64,000 nt of DNA from a virus. Its lineage: Duplodnaviria > Heunggongvirae > Uroviricota > Caudoviricetes > Thumleimavirales > Hafunaviridae. Where the stretch lies: positions 11,182 through 75,181 of IMG/VR virus record IMGVR_UViG_2974794339_000001; one strand, 5' to 3'. The notes under the pieces are model-generated. The model searched no databases. It was not told where the DNA came from and saw nothing but the letters and a program-made list of their open reading frames with translations. Position numbers and translations under genes: made by a program. Positions within the stretch are counted from its first letter, which is position 1, and every line of letters begins with the position of its first letter. This document shows positions 39,830 to 48,970 of the stretch, in pieces.

Positions 39830-41314
39830 TCATCCGAGCGTGCCGCCAGCGAAGGCTTGCTCCGCGTCGGACTCGTCCTCAACATCGTCGGCTTCGTCGT
39901 CACCGCCGCCGTAGAGGTCTTGGGAGAACACGTCTTCCTCCTTCTCGGTCGCTTCTTCGACCTTATCTTCGAGGATGTTCTGCTTCGTGATGTTCAGCTT
40001 CTCCCCGGTGAACGGGTGGGTGACGAACAGGCCGTCTCCCTCACAGAACCGCTCGATGTATTCCTCCGCAATGTCGTCGGGGAGTGCCTGCCGAGCGGTC
40101 TTCTTCGTGTCTTCGACCATCTCCTCCCAGTTGAGGGTCACGTCACGCCGGGCTTGAGCCGCGAACTCGGACGCCTTCCACATCACGGGGTTCTCGCTCT
40201 GGTCTTTCCGCACGTAGCCCTTCGTGAGCATATTGTTCAGCGCGGAGTGAACGTCGCGGTTCGTGATGTTGAAGCCCCGGTCGCGCATCTCCATCTGAAT
40301 CTCCGCCTTCGAGTACCCGCTGTTCGTGTCTCGAAGCATCGACAGCATCTCGAAGTCGATTTCTCGGAGGTTCAACGCGGAGAGAATCATCTGTTCACCG
40401 AAGATTCGCATGGCGTACCACACGTCGGCGGGCGTAATTAGGAGAGTCGCCGTCTCCTTCCGGTCGGGGAGCGCCGGAGTCATTCGGTCTTTGTAGTGGA
40501 ACAGCGCCACCGACCGGCAGAAGTCCAGAAGGCGCGGGAAGTCTTGACGGGCTTCCGTGAAGTGCTGAGGGAGCGGATTCTGGTTGTTCAGCGCGACAGA
40601 CACCGGGTTCAGCGTACCGCCGTTCGGCCCTTCGTCGGACGCGAACATCTTGACGGGGATGCCGGAGACGTACCGGCGAATCTCGTCGCGCTCCTCCTCG
40701 GTGAAGTTATACTCGACGAGGCCAGCTTCCTGCCGGGCCTGCCGTTCGTTCACCTTCTTCGTCAGCTCCTCGCTGGCGTCGATGGAGACGACGAGAGCGC
40801 GGTTCCGAAGTTCGGGGTAGTCATTGAGGTCTACCTGCTCGTTGTCCGAAGCCACGAACAGCACGAATGCGTCCGGGGGCTTCAGCTCGAACGATTCAGT
40901 TTGACCGCTCGTACCGAGAGCGCGGGAGTGGGTAGCCGACTTACCCTCTCCGTGGCGCTTCATAATTTCCTCCAAGTGCTGTTTGTCTTGGAGGGTCGCA
41001 ATGTCCGGGTAACGGTGGACACGGGCCGAGTTCATCTGGTCTTCCTTCATGTAGAGGTCGGTCTTCGAGGTGGAGTCGGGGACTTTGAACACGAAGTCGC
41101 CCATCGTGCAGTAGTCAGCCGCGTCCACCACCATGTCCTTGCCACCTCGTGAGAGGCCGGTCATAGCGACGAACCCTCCGTTGAACCACGAGAGGAATAC
41201 GGTCTGAAGGGTGTCTTCTTCCCCCATCAGGCCGAAATCCTCTTTCATCAGAGTGAGGTCGTACAGGTTCGGAATGTAGGTGTCTTCCATCTGGTTGAGA
41301 ACGGGAATGTGCAT
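39830..41314 (-). CDS. P-loop NTPase with C-terminal wHTH, possible replicative helicase/initiator
   Basis: …MTGLSRGGKDMVVDA… Walker A-like, …VLFVASDNEQ… Walker B-like; position next to primase. Confidence 0.45.
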   Translation of the reverse strand: MHIPVLNQMEDTYIPNLYDLTLMKEDFGLMGEEDTLQTVFLSWFNGGFVAMTGLSRGGKDMVVDAADYCTMGDFVFKVPDSTSKTDLYMKEDQMNSARVHRYPDIATLQDKQHLEEIMKRHGEGKSATHSRALGTSGQTESFELKPPDAFVLFVASDNEQVDLNDYPELRNRALVVSIDASEELTKKVNERQARQEAGLVEYNFTEEERDEIRRYVSGIPVKMFASDEGPNGGTLNPVSVALNNQNPLPQHFTEARQDFPRLLDFCRSVALFHYKDRMTPALPDRKETATLLITPADVWYAMRIFGEQMILSALNLREIDFEMLSMLRDTNSGYSKAEIQMEMRDRGFNITNRDVHSALNNMLTKGYVRKDQSENPVMWKASEFAAQARRDVTLNWEEMVEDTKKTARQALPDDIAEEYIERFCEGDGLFVTHPFTGEKLNITKQNILEDKVEEATEKEEDVFSQDLYGGGDDEADDVEDESDAEQAFAGGTLG

Positions 41315-41383
41315 TGCGAGCGTAATTTCAGGAACCTATTTCATGGCCTAAGCTCGGAACTATTCTACCTCATCGAGCGGGGG

Positions 41384-41635
41384 TTAGTCGTCCGACTTTC
41401 GGACGTGCTTCTCCCACCGCTCCATGATGCTCCTCTCCGTGGCTTCCCAAGCGAGGTCTTCCAGCGCCTCGATTACCTCAGCCGGGTCGTCCACGGGGTC
41501 GCCGTTCTCGTCGTGGGGAATCTCGGCGGTCAGGAACGTGTGGGCTGTCGCTGGCTCGTACTGACCGAGCTGTTTCTTCTTGTCCGTACCGACCTGTATC
41601 TCCGTCACGTATTGCTTGGCGTCGTCCTTATCCAT
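41384..41635 (-). CDS. small acidic hypothetical protein (83 aa)
   Basis: Clean frame; promoter-motif fragment (…TTTGAGTCTTTAC) just upstream. Confidence 0.4.
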   Translation of the reverse strand: MDKDDAKQYVTEIQVGTDKKKQLGQYEPATAHTFLTAEIPHDENGDPVDDPAEVIEALEDLAWEATERSIMERWEKHVRKSDD

Positions 41636-41686
41636 CTTCTAAGAGTTAGTGGGCTGTTTTTGAGTCTTTACACCGAGAGGGAACGC

Positions 41687-42634
41687 TTACATCCGGCGCT
41701 CAATCTCGGCAATCACCGCGTCGAGGTCGTACTCGGCGTCACCGACCTCACCAGCGACAAGCTGTTCGACGTTCTCCGGCGTCGTCTCGCCCGTGTTCGC
41801 CATGAAGTCGATAATCTGGTCGGCGGCCTGCGGGACACCCTCGGGAAGCTCGTCGTCGTCGGAGCCACCACCGAGGGAACCACCGGAGTCGCCCGAGGAC
41901 TCGTCGGACTCGTCGCTGTCGCCGCCGGAGTTGGCGATGGTGATACCGGCCAGCGTCTCGGCGTCGAGAACCTTCGCGTCCGTGTATTCCACGTAGTCGT
42001 CCTCGCTCTCCGCGTCGTCCGGCAGGAAGCCGTCCTTGTAGTAGGAGAGGATGATACGGCGGCCTTCGAGGTCGTCACGGAGTTCGAGCGCGTCCTCGTT
42101 CAGCCAGTTGTAGTTGTCGTCCTTGTCGTCCACAATGTCGTGACCCGCCGGGGTAACGACCTTGGCGAACGTGCGGTTCTTCGTCCCGTTCGAGAGCCAC
42201 AGCGTGCAGTTGCCGAGGCTCACCGGGTCGTCGCCCTCCTGAACGGTGTCGGAGAGCTTGTACGTGAAGTCGTTGCTACCGAACTGCTCGTTGTGCCGGG
42301 AGGGAACTTCGTCGCCGCCCACGTCCTCGGAGAGAGCGCCGTTGTCGTCGGTGGCGAACCAAGTGTCCCACCCGAAGACCTTGACCGTATCATCGTCCGG
42401 GTCGCCGGGCGACCGCTCCATCACGATGCCGTCGATAACCTCCACGTCGTCGGCGTCCACGATGAGGGACTGCCCGTAGGAGGAACCCGTGTATTCCCCG
42501 AGACGGGAAATCTTGAACGAGATGAAGGCGTAGTTGTTCATCTTCAGCGACAGCCGCTCCTCGAAGTCGCCGCCGTTCGCGCCGCTGTTGTTGTTGCTAC
42601 CGCCGCTGTTGTAGTCGGTGTCGAAAAGGCTCAT
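41687..42634 (-). CDS. hypothetical very acidic protein (315 aa)
   Basis: Clean frame. Confidence 0.45.
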   Translation of the reverse strand: MSLFDTDYNSGGSNNNSGANGGDFEERLSLKMNNYAFISFKISRLGEYTGSSYGQSLIVDADDVEVIDGIVMERSPGDPDDDTVKVFGWDTWFATDDNGALSEDVGGDEVPSRHNEQFGSNDFTYKLSDTVQEGDDPVSLGNCTLWLSNGTKNRTFAKVVTPAGHDIVDDKDDNYNWLNEDALELRDDLEGRRIILSYYKDGFLPDDAESEDDYVEYTDAKVLDAETLAGITIANSGGDSDESDESSGDSGGSLGGGSDDDELPEGVPQAADQIIDFMANTGETTPENVEQLVAGEVGDAEYDLDAVIAEIERRM

Positions 42635-42716
42635 TTGTTGAACTTAGGTTTCTCTGGTTCTGGTTTTCAGTCGGTTCAGCACGAGCTACGACATTGGATT
42701 CTCGCCGTAGCAAAAG

Positions 42717-42764
42717 CGCCGAGGACAGGACTCGAACCCGACTGTCAGCCTTTACTGACTCGGC
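42717..42764 (-). other. tRNA-Asn 3'-end partial copy / tRNA-like minihelix (acceptor-like stem + T-arm only)
   Basis: minus strand GCCGAGT-(17 nt)-TCGGG-TTCGAGT-CCTGT-CCTCGGC-GC; last 23 nt match the tRNA-Asn 3' end 22/23. Confidence 0.4.
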
Positions 42765-43213
42765 AACCGTTCGGAGATTAGAAGTTCGTCAGCGCAATTC
42801 GCTTTCGCTCGATTTGCGGGGACGATTTCCGAACGGGATTTCGGAGTTATTCGCATCTGTTCGTCGGGTGCTTCATCGAACGGAATCCAGTAGATTTCGT
42901 CCGAGTGTGGGTTATATACGGCGTACACGTCAATTTCATCTCCGGTGTACGTTTGTTTCCTAATTTTCCCACCAGTTCGATAACTTCGATTGCGAAGTTC
43001 GATTTGATAAGACGATTGAGATGGGGGATTTGAAGCGGTCTTACATTGAACTCGATGAAGCTCTCCATTTATATCCGCAATCAAGTCATACCGTTGATTA
43101 TCTCCAACAGTATTTGAGACTCCGTGACCCAATTCAATTAACGCAGTAGTGACTTTTAGTTCGGATATGTCACCACGTCGTAGCCGGTCTATTCCATCTG
43201 TTTTACTTGCCAT
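42752..43213 (-). CDS. small PD-(D/E)xK-like (Hjc-like) nuclease candidate
   Basis: 153 aa; …GDISELKV…YDLIADINGELHRVQCKTAS… resembles E…D…(E/Q)xK resolvase/nuclease core; starts 3 nt after tRNA-Asn 3' end. Confidence 0.4.
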   Translation of the reverse strand: MASKTDGIDRLRRGDISELKVTTALIELGHGVSNTVGDNQRYDLIADINGELHRVQCKTASNPPSQSSYQIELRNRSYRTGGKIRKQTYTGDEIDVYAVYNPHSDEIYWIPFDEAPDEQMRITPKSRSEIVPANRAKANCADELLISERLPSQ

Positions 43214-43215
43214 AG

Positions 43216-43288
43216 CGCCGAGGACGGGACTCGAACCTGTAACCTACGAGGTAACAGCTCGTTGCTCTACCAATTGAGCTACCTCGGC
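43216..43288 (-). tRNA. tRNA-Asn (anticodon GUU)
   Basis: Cloverleaf folded by hand: acceptor GCCGAGG/CCTCGGC, D-arm GCTC-AATTGGTA-GAGC, anticodon arm ACGAG-CTGTTAC-CTCGT, T-arm ACAGG-TTCGAGT-CCCGT (one A.C mismatch), discriminator G; no encoded CCA. Confidence 0.7.
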
Positions 43289-43309
43289 AAGAGAAAGGGA
43301 GGATTGGGT

Positions 43310-43360
43310 GCTTGTCCCTACTCTATTAGATGTGGGACTAAGACTTAAAGATACTTATTT
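43310..43360 (-). promoter_or_regulatory. promoter-motif variant upstream of tRNA-Asn
   Basis: CTACTCTATTAGATG…AAGACTTAAAGATACT on + text. Confidence 0.35.
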
Positions 43361-43784
43361 AATTCTTATAAGGCGTCGGGAGGGATACCCCGCTCGATGA
43401 TGTTTGTAGCAAGTGGAGAACCACGACCGGGAGAGGAAATAGTAGAGAACATCACTTGTCGAAGCGGTTGACCCACGTAGAGAGATTCTTGACACTCATC
43501 CCGTCAGCCCGAATGTCGTCAGCGAGAGAATTGATAGCAGAGAGTAGAGTAGAGTCGTTCCACGAGGCTGGATAGTCGAGAGAGATGATGTCCACCTCGT
43601 CGCCGTTTCCGAAGGGTTCGATAGTCGCTTCGAGGTCGCCGGAGGTCTGAGTGTAGCTCATACAGGAGTGTTGATTGGATTCACGACGTGGTTCGGCTCC
43701 GCCGTAGGAGCGAGCGGGACTTCCGGGCCGGATGGTTCGTTGAAGGAGACAGCGCCGACACCACCAGCCGGGGGAGAATCGTCG

Positions 43785-44201
43785 TCACTCATTCGAGGTG
43801 GCGAGAGCGTCGAAGTTCGGGACGACCGTGCCGTTCACTCGGTTGCCGGGAACGGACATTCCCGTAAGCTCGAACACGTCGGCCACCTTCTCGATACCGA
43901 ACGCATCGAGTAGGTCGAAGAACTCAGCGGAAGCGTCCTCGATTCCGTCCGGCAGGTCGAACTCCAAGTCAGCGGGGTTCGGGCCGTTCTCGGTGTACGT
44001 GGGAATGACCACGTAGAGGTCTTCGGTCAGCTCACCACGGTCGATGAGTCTCGGTTCACCGAGCTGAATCTGCACCTCGAAGCCGGAGTCCGTGCGCTCC
44101 GTGATTGCGTTGAAGACTGCCTCGGCCCCACCGAGGTCGAGGTAGTCGGAATTTTCGTCGTCGTTACTGCCGAACAGTAGGTTTCGGATAAAGCCAAACA
44201 T
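43785..44201 (-). CDS. hypothetical acidic protein (138 aa)
   Basis: Clean frame. Confidence 0.4.
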   Translation of the reverse strand: MFGFIRNLLFGSNDDENSDYLDLGGAEAVFNAITERTDSGFEVQIQLGEPRLIDRGELTEDLYVVIPTYTENGPNPADLEFDLPDGIEDASAEFFDLLDAFGIEKVADVFELTGMSVPGNRVNGTVVPNFDALATSNE

Positions 44202-44286
44202 AGTTCTCTCTGGTTTCCAGCAGATAACCGCCGCTGGCGCGGCTTAGGTAGCGTAGTACCGAATCCCCCTATGACGGAGGGGAAGC

Positions 44287-44366
44287 GACCGGCGGGAATC
44301 GAACCGCGCCTTGACCCCGCCCACGCCCGTCGAGGGGCATGGTCACGGGGCCGCCATTGGTCGCAA
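44287..44366 (-). other. tRNA-like element (80 nt), possibly degenerate or intron-containing tRNA
   Basis: minus strand GCGACCA…GGCGCGG-TTCGATT-CCCGCC-GGTCGC-T: 6-bp acceptor-like pairing and T-loop signature, but D- and anticodon arms do not fold canonically by eye. Confidence 0.3.
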
Positions 44367-44384
44367 TAAGGAGAACGAGCGTGC

Positions 44385-44519
44385 TACTCGTTCTTCATTT
44401 CGTACATCGTCTCCTCGTGTTCCAGCTCAGCCTGTCGCTGGAAGTAGCCGAACGCAACCACCGTAACCACGGTCACGAGGAACAGCCACAGAAGAATCAA
44501 GAAGACGACTTTGAACATC
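44385..44519 (-). CDS. small transmembrane peptide (44 aa) downstream of SPFH gene
   Basis: MFKVVFLILLWLFLVTVVTVVAFGYF…; ATG directly abuts SPFH stop. Confidence 0.3.
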
Positions 44520-45395
44520 CTACTCGTCCTCGTCGTTCGTGTCCTTCACGAGAGTCGGAGTTTCGTCGGAGGGGAGGTAGATGGTCTTCCCGTCCGAGTT
44601 CTTGATTGCCTCGATGTAGCGAATCTGGATGAGTTCGGGGTTGTTACGAACGGACTCAGCGACGATGCGGTTCGCCTCTGCCTCACCGCGAGCCTTCTCG
44701 ATTTCGGCGCGAGCCTCCTGCTTCGCCACCTCAACCTCGGCCTCAGCCTTCAGTTCGCGCTGTTGGGCGACCTCCTTCTCCGTGATGGAACGCTCGTAGG
44801 ACTCAGGGAAGTTCACCTTCGTAATCTGGACGGAATCCAGAACGAGGCCGGTGTCAGCGAACTTCTCCTCAAGCTGTTCCCGAGCGTCCATCGTAATCTC
44901 GGTCTGACCCTGCGACGTGTAGACCTCACTCGTCGGCATACTGCCCGTGGTCACGAGCATCTGCTTGGCGAGCGTCGTCCGAATCATCCGCTTTTCAGCG
45001 TTTTCGAGAGTGCGGTAGTCGGTGTAGAAGTCAGTCACCGCCTCCGGGTCATTCGGGAGCTGGTAGCGAACAGTCACGTCGAAGGTCGCCTCCACACCAT
45101 CGGCGGTCTTCACCACGATGGGGTCAGCGTAGTCCTTCGCACCCTCTCCGGTCTGACTGGTCATGGTGTACGCCTGCTGTCGGGTGGAGAGTTCCACCGT
45201 GTTGTGCTTGACCGGCGTAATCCAGTTCGCACCGGGCTGAAGAACCTCACCAGTTGCGTCACCCCACTCGGTGACGACCGCGACGTTTCCTTCCTCAACA
45301 GGCTCCCACGCCATCGCACCGACCGCACCGCTGGTGAGAAGGAGGAAAGCCATAGCGACTCCGATAGCCTTCAGTTTGAATGTAGTTAGTTCCAT
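44520..45395 (-). CDS. SPFH/band-7 (stomatin/prohibitin-like) membrane protein
   Basis: N-terminal TM helix, SPFH core (…VVTEWGDATGEVLQPGANWITP…TADGVEATFDVTVRYQL…), C-terminal EA-rich coiled coil. Confidence 0.75.
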   Translation of the reverse strand: MELTTFKLKAIGVAMAFLLLTSGAVGAMAWEPVEEGNVAVVTEWGDATGEVLQPGANWITPVKHNTVELSTRQQAYTMTSQTGEGAKDYADPIVVKTADGVEATFDVTVRYQLPNDPEAVTDFYTDYRTLENAEKRMIRTTLAKQMLVTTGSMPTSEVYTSQGQTEITMDAREQLEEKFADTGLVLDSVQITKVNFPESYERSITEKEVAQQRELKAEAEVEVAKQEARAEIEKARGEAEANRIVAESVRNNPELIQIRYIEAIKNSDGKTIYLPSDETPTLVKDTNDEDE

Positions 45396-45441
45396 TTCGT
45401 AGATTTCTCTCTGGTCTGTTTCATAGGGCGATACACCGCAT

Positions 45442-45488
45442 CGAGTTGGGAGGAATCGAACCTACCCTCTATGCGAACCAGCAACTCG
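45442..45488 (-). other. tRNA-like minihelix in 5' leader of SPFH operon
   Basis: minus strand CGAGTTG-(14 nt)-GTAGG-TTCGATT-CCTCC-CAACTCG: 7-bp closing stem plus T-arm-like hairpin. Confidence 0.35.
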
Positions 45489-45582
45489 GAAAAGCCACCG
45501 CAGAGCGGTAGCTGGACACCAACGAGTCAAACTATGACAGGATTCAGCCAAGCAAACGAGTCAAAGGGGCCACCGCGACCTC

Positions 45583-45640
45583 CTCACTCTAATAGACGGC
45601 GGATTAAGACTTAAAGATACCGATTTGAGTCTTTAGGGAG
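45583..45640 (-). promoter_or_regulatory. recurrent promoter-like motif (divergent region) driving the minus-strand tRNA/SPFH unit
   Basis: CTCACTCTAATAGACGG…TAAGACTTAAAGATACCGATTTGAGTCTTTAG. Confidence 0.45.
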
Positions 45641-45689
45641 AGACAAGCGATAGCAAAGACTTAAGCAAAGCAACTCCGTCTTTGTAGGC

Positions 45690-46241
45690 ATGGCTAAGAC
45701 GAAGCACAAGAATCAGGAAAAAGTAGTCAAGTGTCCCGTGGAGGGGTGCGACCACGAGGGCCTATCCCGAGGGATGCACCTTCACGTTCGCCAATCGAGC
45801 GGTAACGGTCACGGGCCGAACGGGGATGTGCCGGACGGCTTAGATTTTAGTAATCTGGAAGTTGTGGGTACGAAAGAAGTTGAAATGGATTACCCGTCAG
45901 AACGGAAAGGAGAAGACGTAGCCCGTCTCTGCCCCTTTTGCCGACGCCCGTTCAGCGGGTATCAGGGAGTGATGATTCACCTCGGGCAGATTCAGGGTAA
46001 AGAAAACCACCCCGAGGACGCGACCGAGCTGGTCGATAAGGGCGACTGCCCAGTTGCTCACGTTGATGAGAACCGGAACGTCGTTGAGGTTATTGAGGAA
46101 GGCGACCCCGACCTGATGCCGTCCACGGAAGACCGGCGGGAAGGCTCTGTACCACGGGCCGACGTGATTGCCTACATCGAGTGGGCTGAATCCAACGACC
46201 ACCTCACGGCGGCGAACAAGGCCCGCGAGATGCTACTCTAA
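45690..46241 (+). CDS. C2H2-type zinc-finger protein
   Basis: KCPVEGCDHE…HLHVRQ and CPFCRRPF…HLGQIQ. Confidence 0.5.
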   Translation: MAKTKHKNQEKVVKCPVEGCDHEGLSRGMHLHVRQSSGNGHGPNGDVPDGLDFSNLEVVGTKEVEMDYPSERKGEDVARLCPFCRRPFSGYQGVMIHLGQIQGKENHPEDATELVDKGDCPVAHVDENRNVVEVIEEGDPDLMPSTEDRREGSVPRADVIAYIEWAESNDHLTAANKAREMLL

Positions 46242-46732
46242 GTCTCGATTTCGTCGCGCCACTTATTCGAGAACGTCGTCGTCTCGTACTTCCACTTGTG
46301 GATAGACGGGTCTTTCCGATACATCCGATTCATCGCCTTCACTATTTCGTAGAAGCCCTGCTTCGACTGATGCTCTCCCTGAGCATACGCCGGGAGGATT
46401 TCGTCCACGAAGATTCCCACGACCTCGTGCTTCTGGACGATGTATGGGAAGAACGGCTCAAGGAACCGATGGATGTTGTCCGGCTCCGTGAGGTAGAACT
46501 CCATCGTCGTCCCCGTGTCGTTGTAGTTGTACCGAACGCCCTCATCGTGGCAGTATTCCTCGAACATTCCGAACACCGCCGTCTCCGGGTCGTTACGGCT
46601 CATCTTCACCCTCGGGGACATTTCGTACCCGAGCTTGTAGTCGTCGTCCTCTTTGATTTTCACACGGAATTGGCCGATTGAGTCAACCACTCCCGCGAGA
46701 TACGCTACATCCTGCTCTTTCATACCACCCAC
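46238..46732 (-). CDS. hypothetical protein (164 aa)
   Basis: Clean frame. Confidence 0.45.
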   Translation of the reverse strand: MGGMKEQDVAYLAGVVDSIGQFRVKIKEDDDYKLGYEMSPRVKMSRNDPETAVFGMFEEYCHDEGVRYNYNDTGTTMEFYLTEPDNIHRFLEPFFPYIVQKHEVVGIFVDEILPAYAQGEHQSKQGFYEIVKAMNRMYRKDPSIHKWKYETTTFSNKWRDEIET

Positions 46733-46777
46733 TTTCGGGGTGGCCTATGTTAATGCCGTCCATTGGTCTAACCTGTA

Positions 46778-46836
46778 AAGACTCATAATCGGTATCTTTA
46801 AGTCTTTAGTTCCCGTCTATTAGAGTGAGGAGTTCT
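46778..46836 (+). promoter_or_regulatory. recurrent promoter-like motif upstream of + strand gene pair 47015-47955
   Basis: ATCTTTAAGTCTTTAGTTCCCGTCTATTAGAGTGAGGAG. Confidence 0.45.
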
Positions 46837-47014
46837 TCCGAACGGACTACTAACCAGTATAGTACCTACTCTACTCTAACTACTCTGATAACACTCAGTT
46901 AGCTAAAGAGACTCGATGTAGTAATCTACTATAAGTAATACACTTAGTAGTTATACTCTTAGTTATACTGTTAGGTCAGTTATCGGGGAACTCTACCCTC
47001 TGAGATGATTCTAA

Positions 47015-47494
47015 ATGGAAACCCTGACCGAGAAGCAACCACCTGACGTAATCACTCCCGACACCGAGAACGCAACGTACTTCGACCCGACCGAACGAAA
47101 CGCCGATTCTGACAAATTCAAGCGGCTGATGCTCTACAACCGGGGAACGTGGCTCGGCCCCGGCGAGGAAAACAAGAAGGTCACGCACAGACAGGACAAC
47201 CTCGCTATCCTCGATTCCCTGAGCGGCCAACTCGAACTAACTCCCTTCCAGAAGGGGAAAGCCCGACGAATCTATGATGCTCTCGACCTACAAGACCTCG
47301 GCAAGCCTGCTTGTCTCGTTGCTTTCGGTGTTTGCGCTCTCGTTGCTAACGACGACGTTCACGACGGGACTCGCTACTGGCCGACCGCCAACGACACCTG
47401 CGAGCTGTTCGAGAACATCGCTGGCAACCTCGGGTTCACGGAGAATCAACAGCTCAGTATCATCCTCACCATCGACCACCGGAGGCCGGAATGA
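47015..47494 (+). CDS. hypothetical protein (159 aa)
   Basis: Clean frame. Confidence 0.45.
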   Translation: METLTEKQPPDVITPDTENATYFDPTERNADSDKFKRLMLYNRGTWLGPGEENKKVTHRQDNLAILDSLSGQLELTPFQKGKARRIYDALDLQDLGKPACLVAFGVCALVANDDVHDGTRYWPTANDTCELFENIAGNLGFTENQQLSIILTIDHRRPE

Positions 47495-47955
47495 GCGAGT
47501 TTACGATTCTCCGCGATACTCGGGAACACGAGGGCCACGGTTACTGGTTCGAGGACTACCCCGTGGAAGTGAAGGAGAAGAAGCTCCGCACCGGAGACTA
47601 CGCCGTAGAGGAACTGGGCTACTACGGGAAGCACGGAACCTATGTCCCGCCGTTCGCCGTCGAACGGAAGGCGAAGGGTGACTTCCTTAACTCCATCACC
47701 CACGAACGCGACCGCTTCGAGCGGGAGTTGAAGCGAGCCGACGATTGGGAAGCCCCGATGCCGGTCGTGGTCGAAGCTCCGTGGCTCGATTTCACGCAGG
47801 GCAATTACTGGCGTAACATCAATCCCAACTCCATCATTGGGACGGTCGAAAAGTGGCCGGGCTACTACAACGTGGACTTCTTCTTCAAGCCGACCGATAC
47901 TGACGCAGAGAGATTCACCTACGAGTTCCTCAAGTGGTGGAACAACCGAGGGTGA
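47491..47955 (+). CDS. hypothetical protein (154 aa)
   Basis: ATGA-coupled to previous. Confidence 0.45.
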   Translation: MSEFTILRDTREHEGHGYWFEDYPVEVKEKKLRTGDYAVEELGYYGKHGTYVPPFAVERKAKGDFLNSITHERDRFERELKRADDWEAPMPVVVEAPWLDFTQGNYWRNINPNSIIGTVEKWPGYYNVDFFFKPTDTDAERFTYEFLKWWNNRG

Positions 47956-48478
47956 ACGTGACCACCTCTGCCGACGAGTTTCTGCTCAAGCGTAATCGAA
48001 TTACGATGCCGTAAAATGCGCGTTTGACATTCTATGCCGCTACCATTCGGTGACTGTTCGTTTATCATACGTGGATAACTCAACGACCTTTCCAAGATGC
48101 AAGATTACTCGGTCGGTCGAACTCAACTTCACGCGGAGAACAAAGGGGGAGCGCGGGACGTTGTATAGCTTCTTTCTGGTGCTGTGCAACTCTTGGTCGA
48201 TGAAAGTAGACATTTGGTGTTTGTCGTTCTGTGCAATCGGAAGGCAGTACCCCTACGCTCGAAGAACGTCAGACTGCGCGGCTTCGAGCGCAGAGACGGC
48301 CTCATCGAGATAATCTTCAACGGCGTAACCAGCTATCTCGTCGTGACCTCTCACAAGGGAGAGAGCGTCAATAACATCTGAGAAGAAATCCGCTACGTTT
48401 TCAGTATCCTGTTCATCCACATCGAGTCCTGTTACTTTTGCCTGAATTTCCATCTAATCCGTTGTCACTCAGAGAAGC

Positions 48479-48618
48479 TTCTCATTTTCCAGTTGCTTCT
48501 CAAGTTTTGCGCGTCGGTCTTCGTTGCGCTTCTCCGAGATTTCCTTCTGAAGAAGGAACACGGGAAGGAGTGCGACTACCACGAGGAACATCGCCCCGAA
48601 TACAGCGAGGCCAGCCAT
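48479..48618 (-). CDS. small transmembrane protein (45 aa)
   Basis: MAGLAVFGAMFLVVVALLPVFLLQKE…. Confidence 0.3.
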
Positions 48619-48622
48619 CACG

Positions 48623-48970
48623 TCACTCACGGTTTTCAGACACCCACGTTATTGCCGTGCCGAGGGCGCTCATCATCTCCATGAAATATGGCCCGGTCTG
48701 TTGGGGGAAGACGGGGTAGCCGTCCTCGATATACTCGTCGGGAGTCCCCTCGTTCACTATCTCGAACTCTCGAACGACGATGTTGTATCCCTCGTCGGGG
48801 TCGTCGTTCTCAGGGTACACCTCCACTTCAACGCACTTCTCGTAGTTGACGAGCCGGAAGTCGTATCCCCCGGTGGCCCCGCTGATTGGGACGTACTCCC
48901 AATCGTACTTCGTGAGGTCGGGGCCGACGTGGTTGCCGGTCGTGTCTGTCTTGACCGCCACTACAACCAC
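48623..48970 (-). CDS. hypothetical protein (115 aa)
   Basis: Clean frame. Confidence 0.4.
   Translation of the reverse strand: MVVVAVKTDTTGNHVGPDLTKYDWEYVPISGATGGYDFRLVNYEKCVEVEVYPENDDPDEGYNIVVREFEIVNEGTPDEYIEDGYPVFPQQTGPYFMEMMSALGTAITWVSENRE

Noticed and set aside
41309-42781. 490-aa + strand ORF antisense to 41384-42634 genes
   Set aside because: V/G/R low-complexity shadow ORF spanning two real minus-strand genes.
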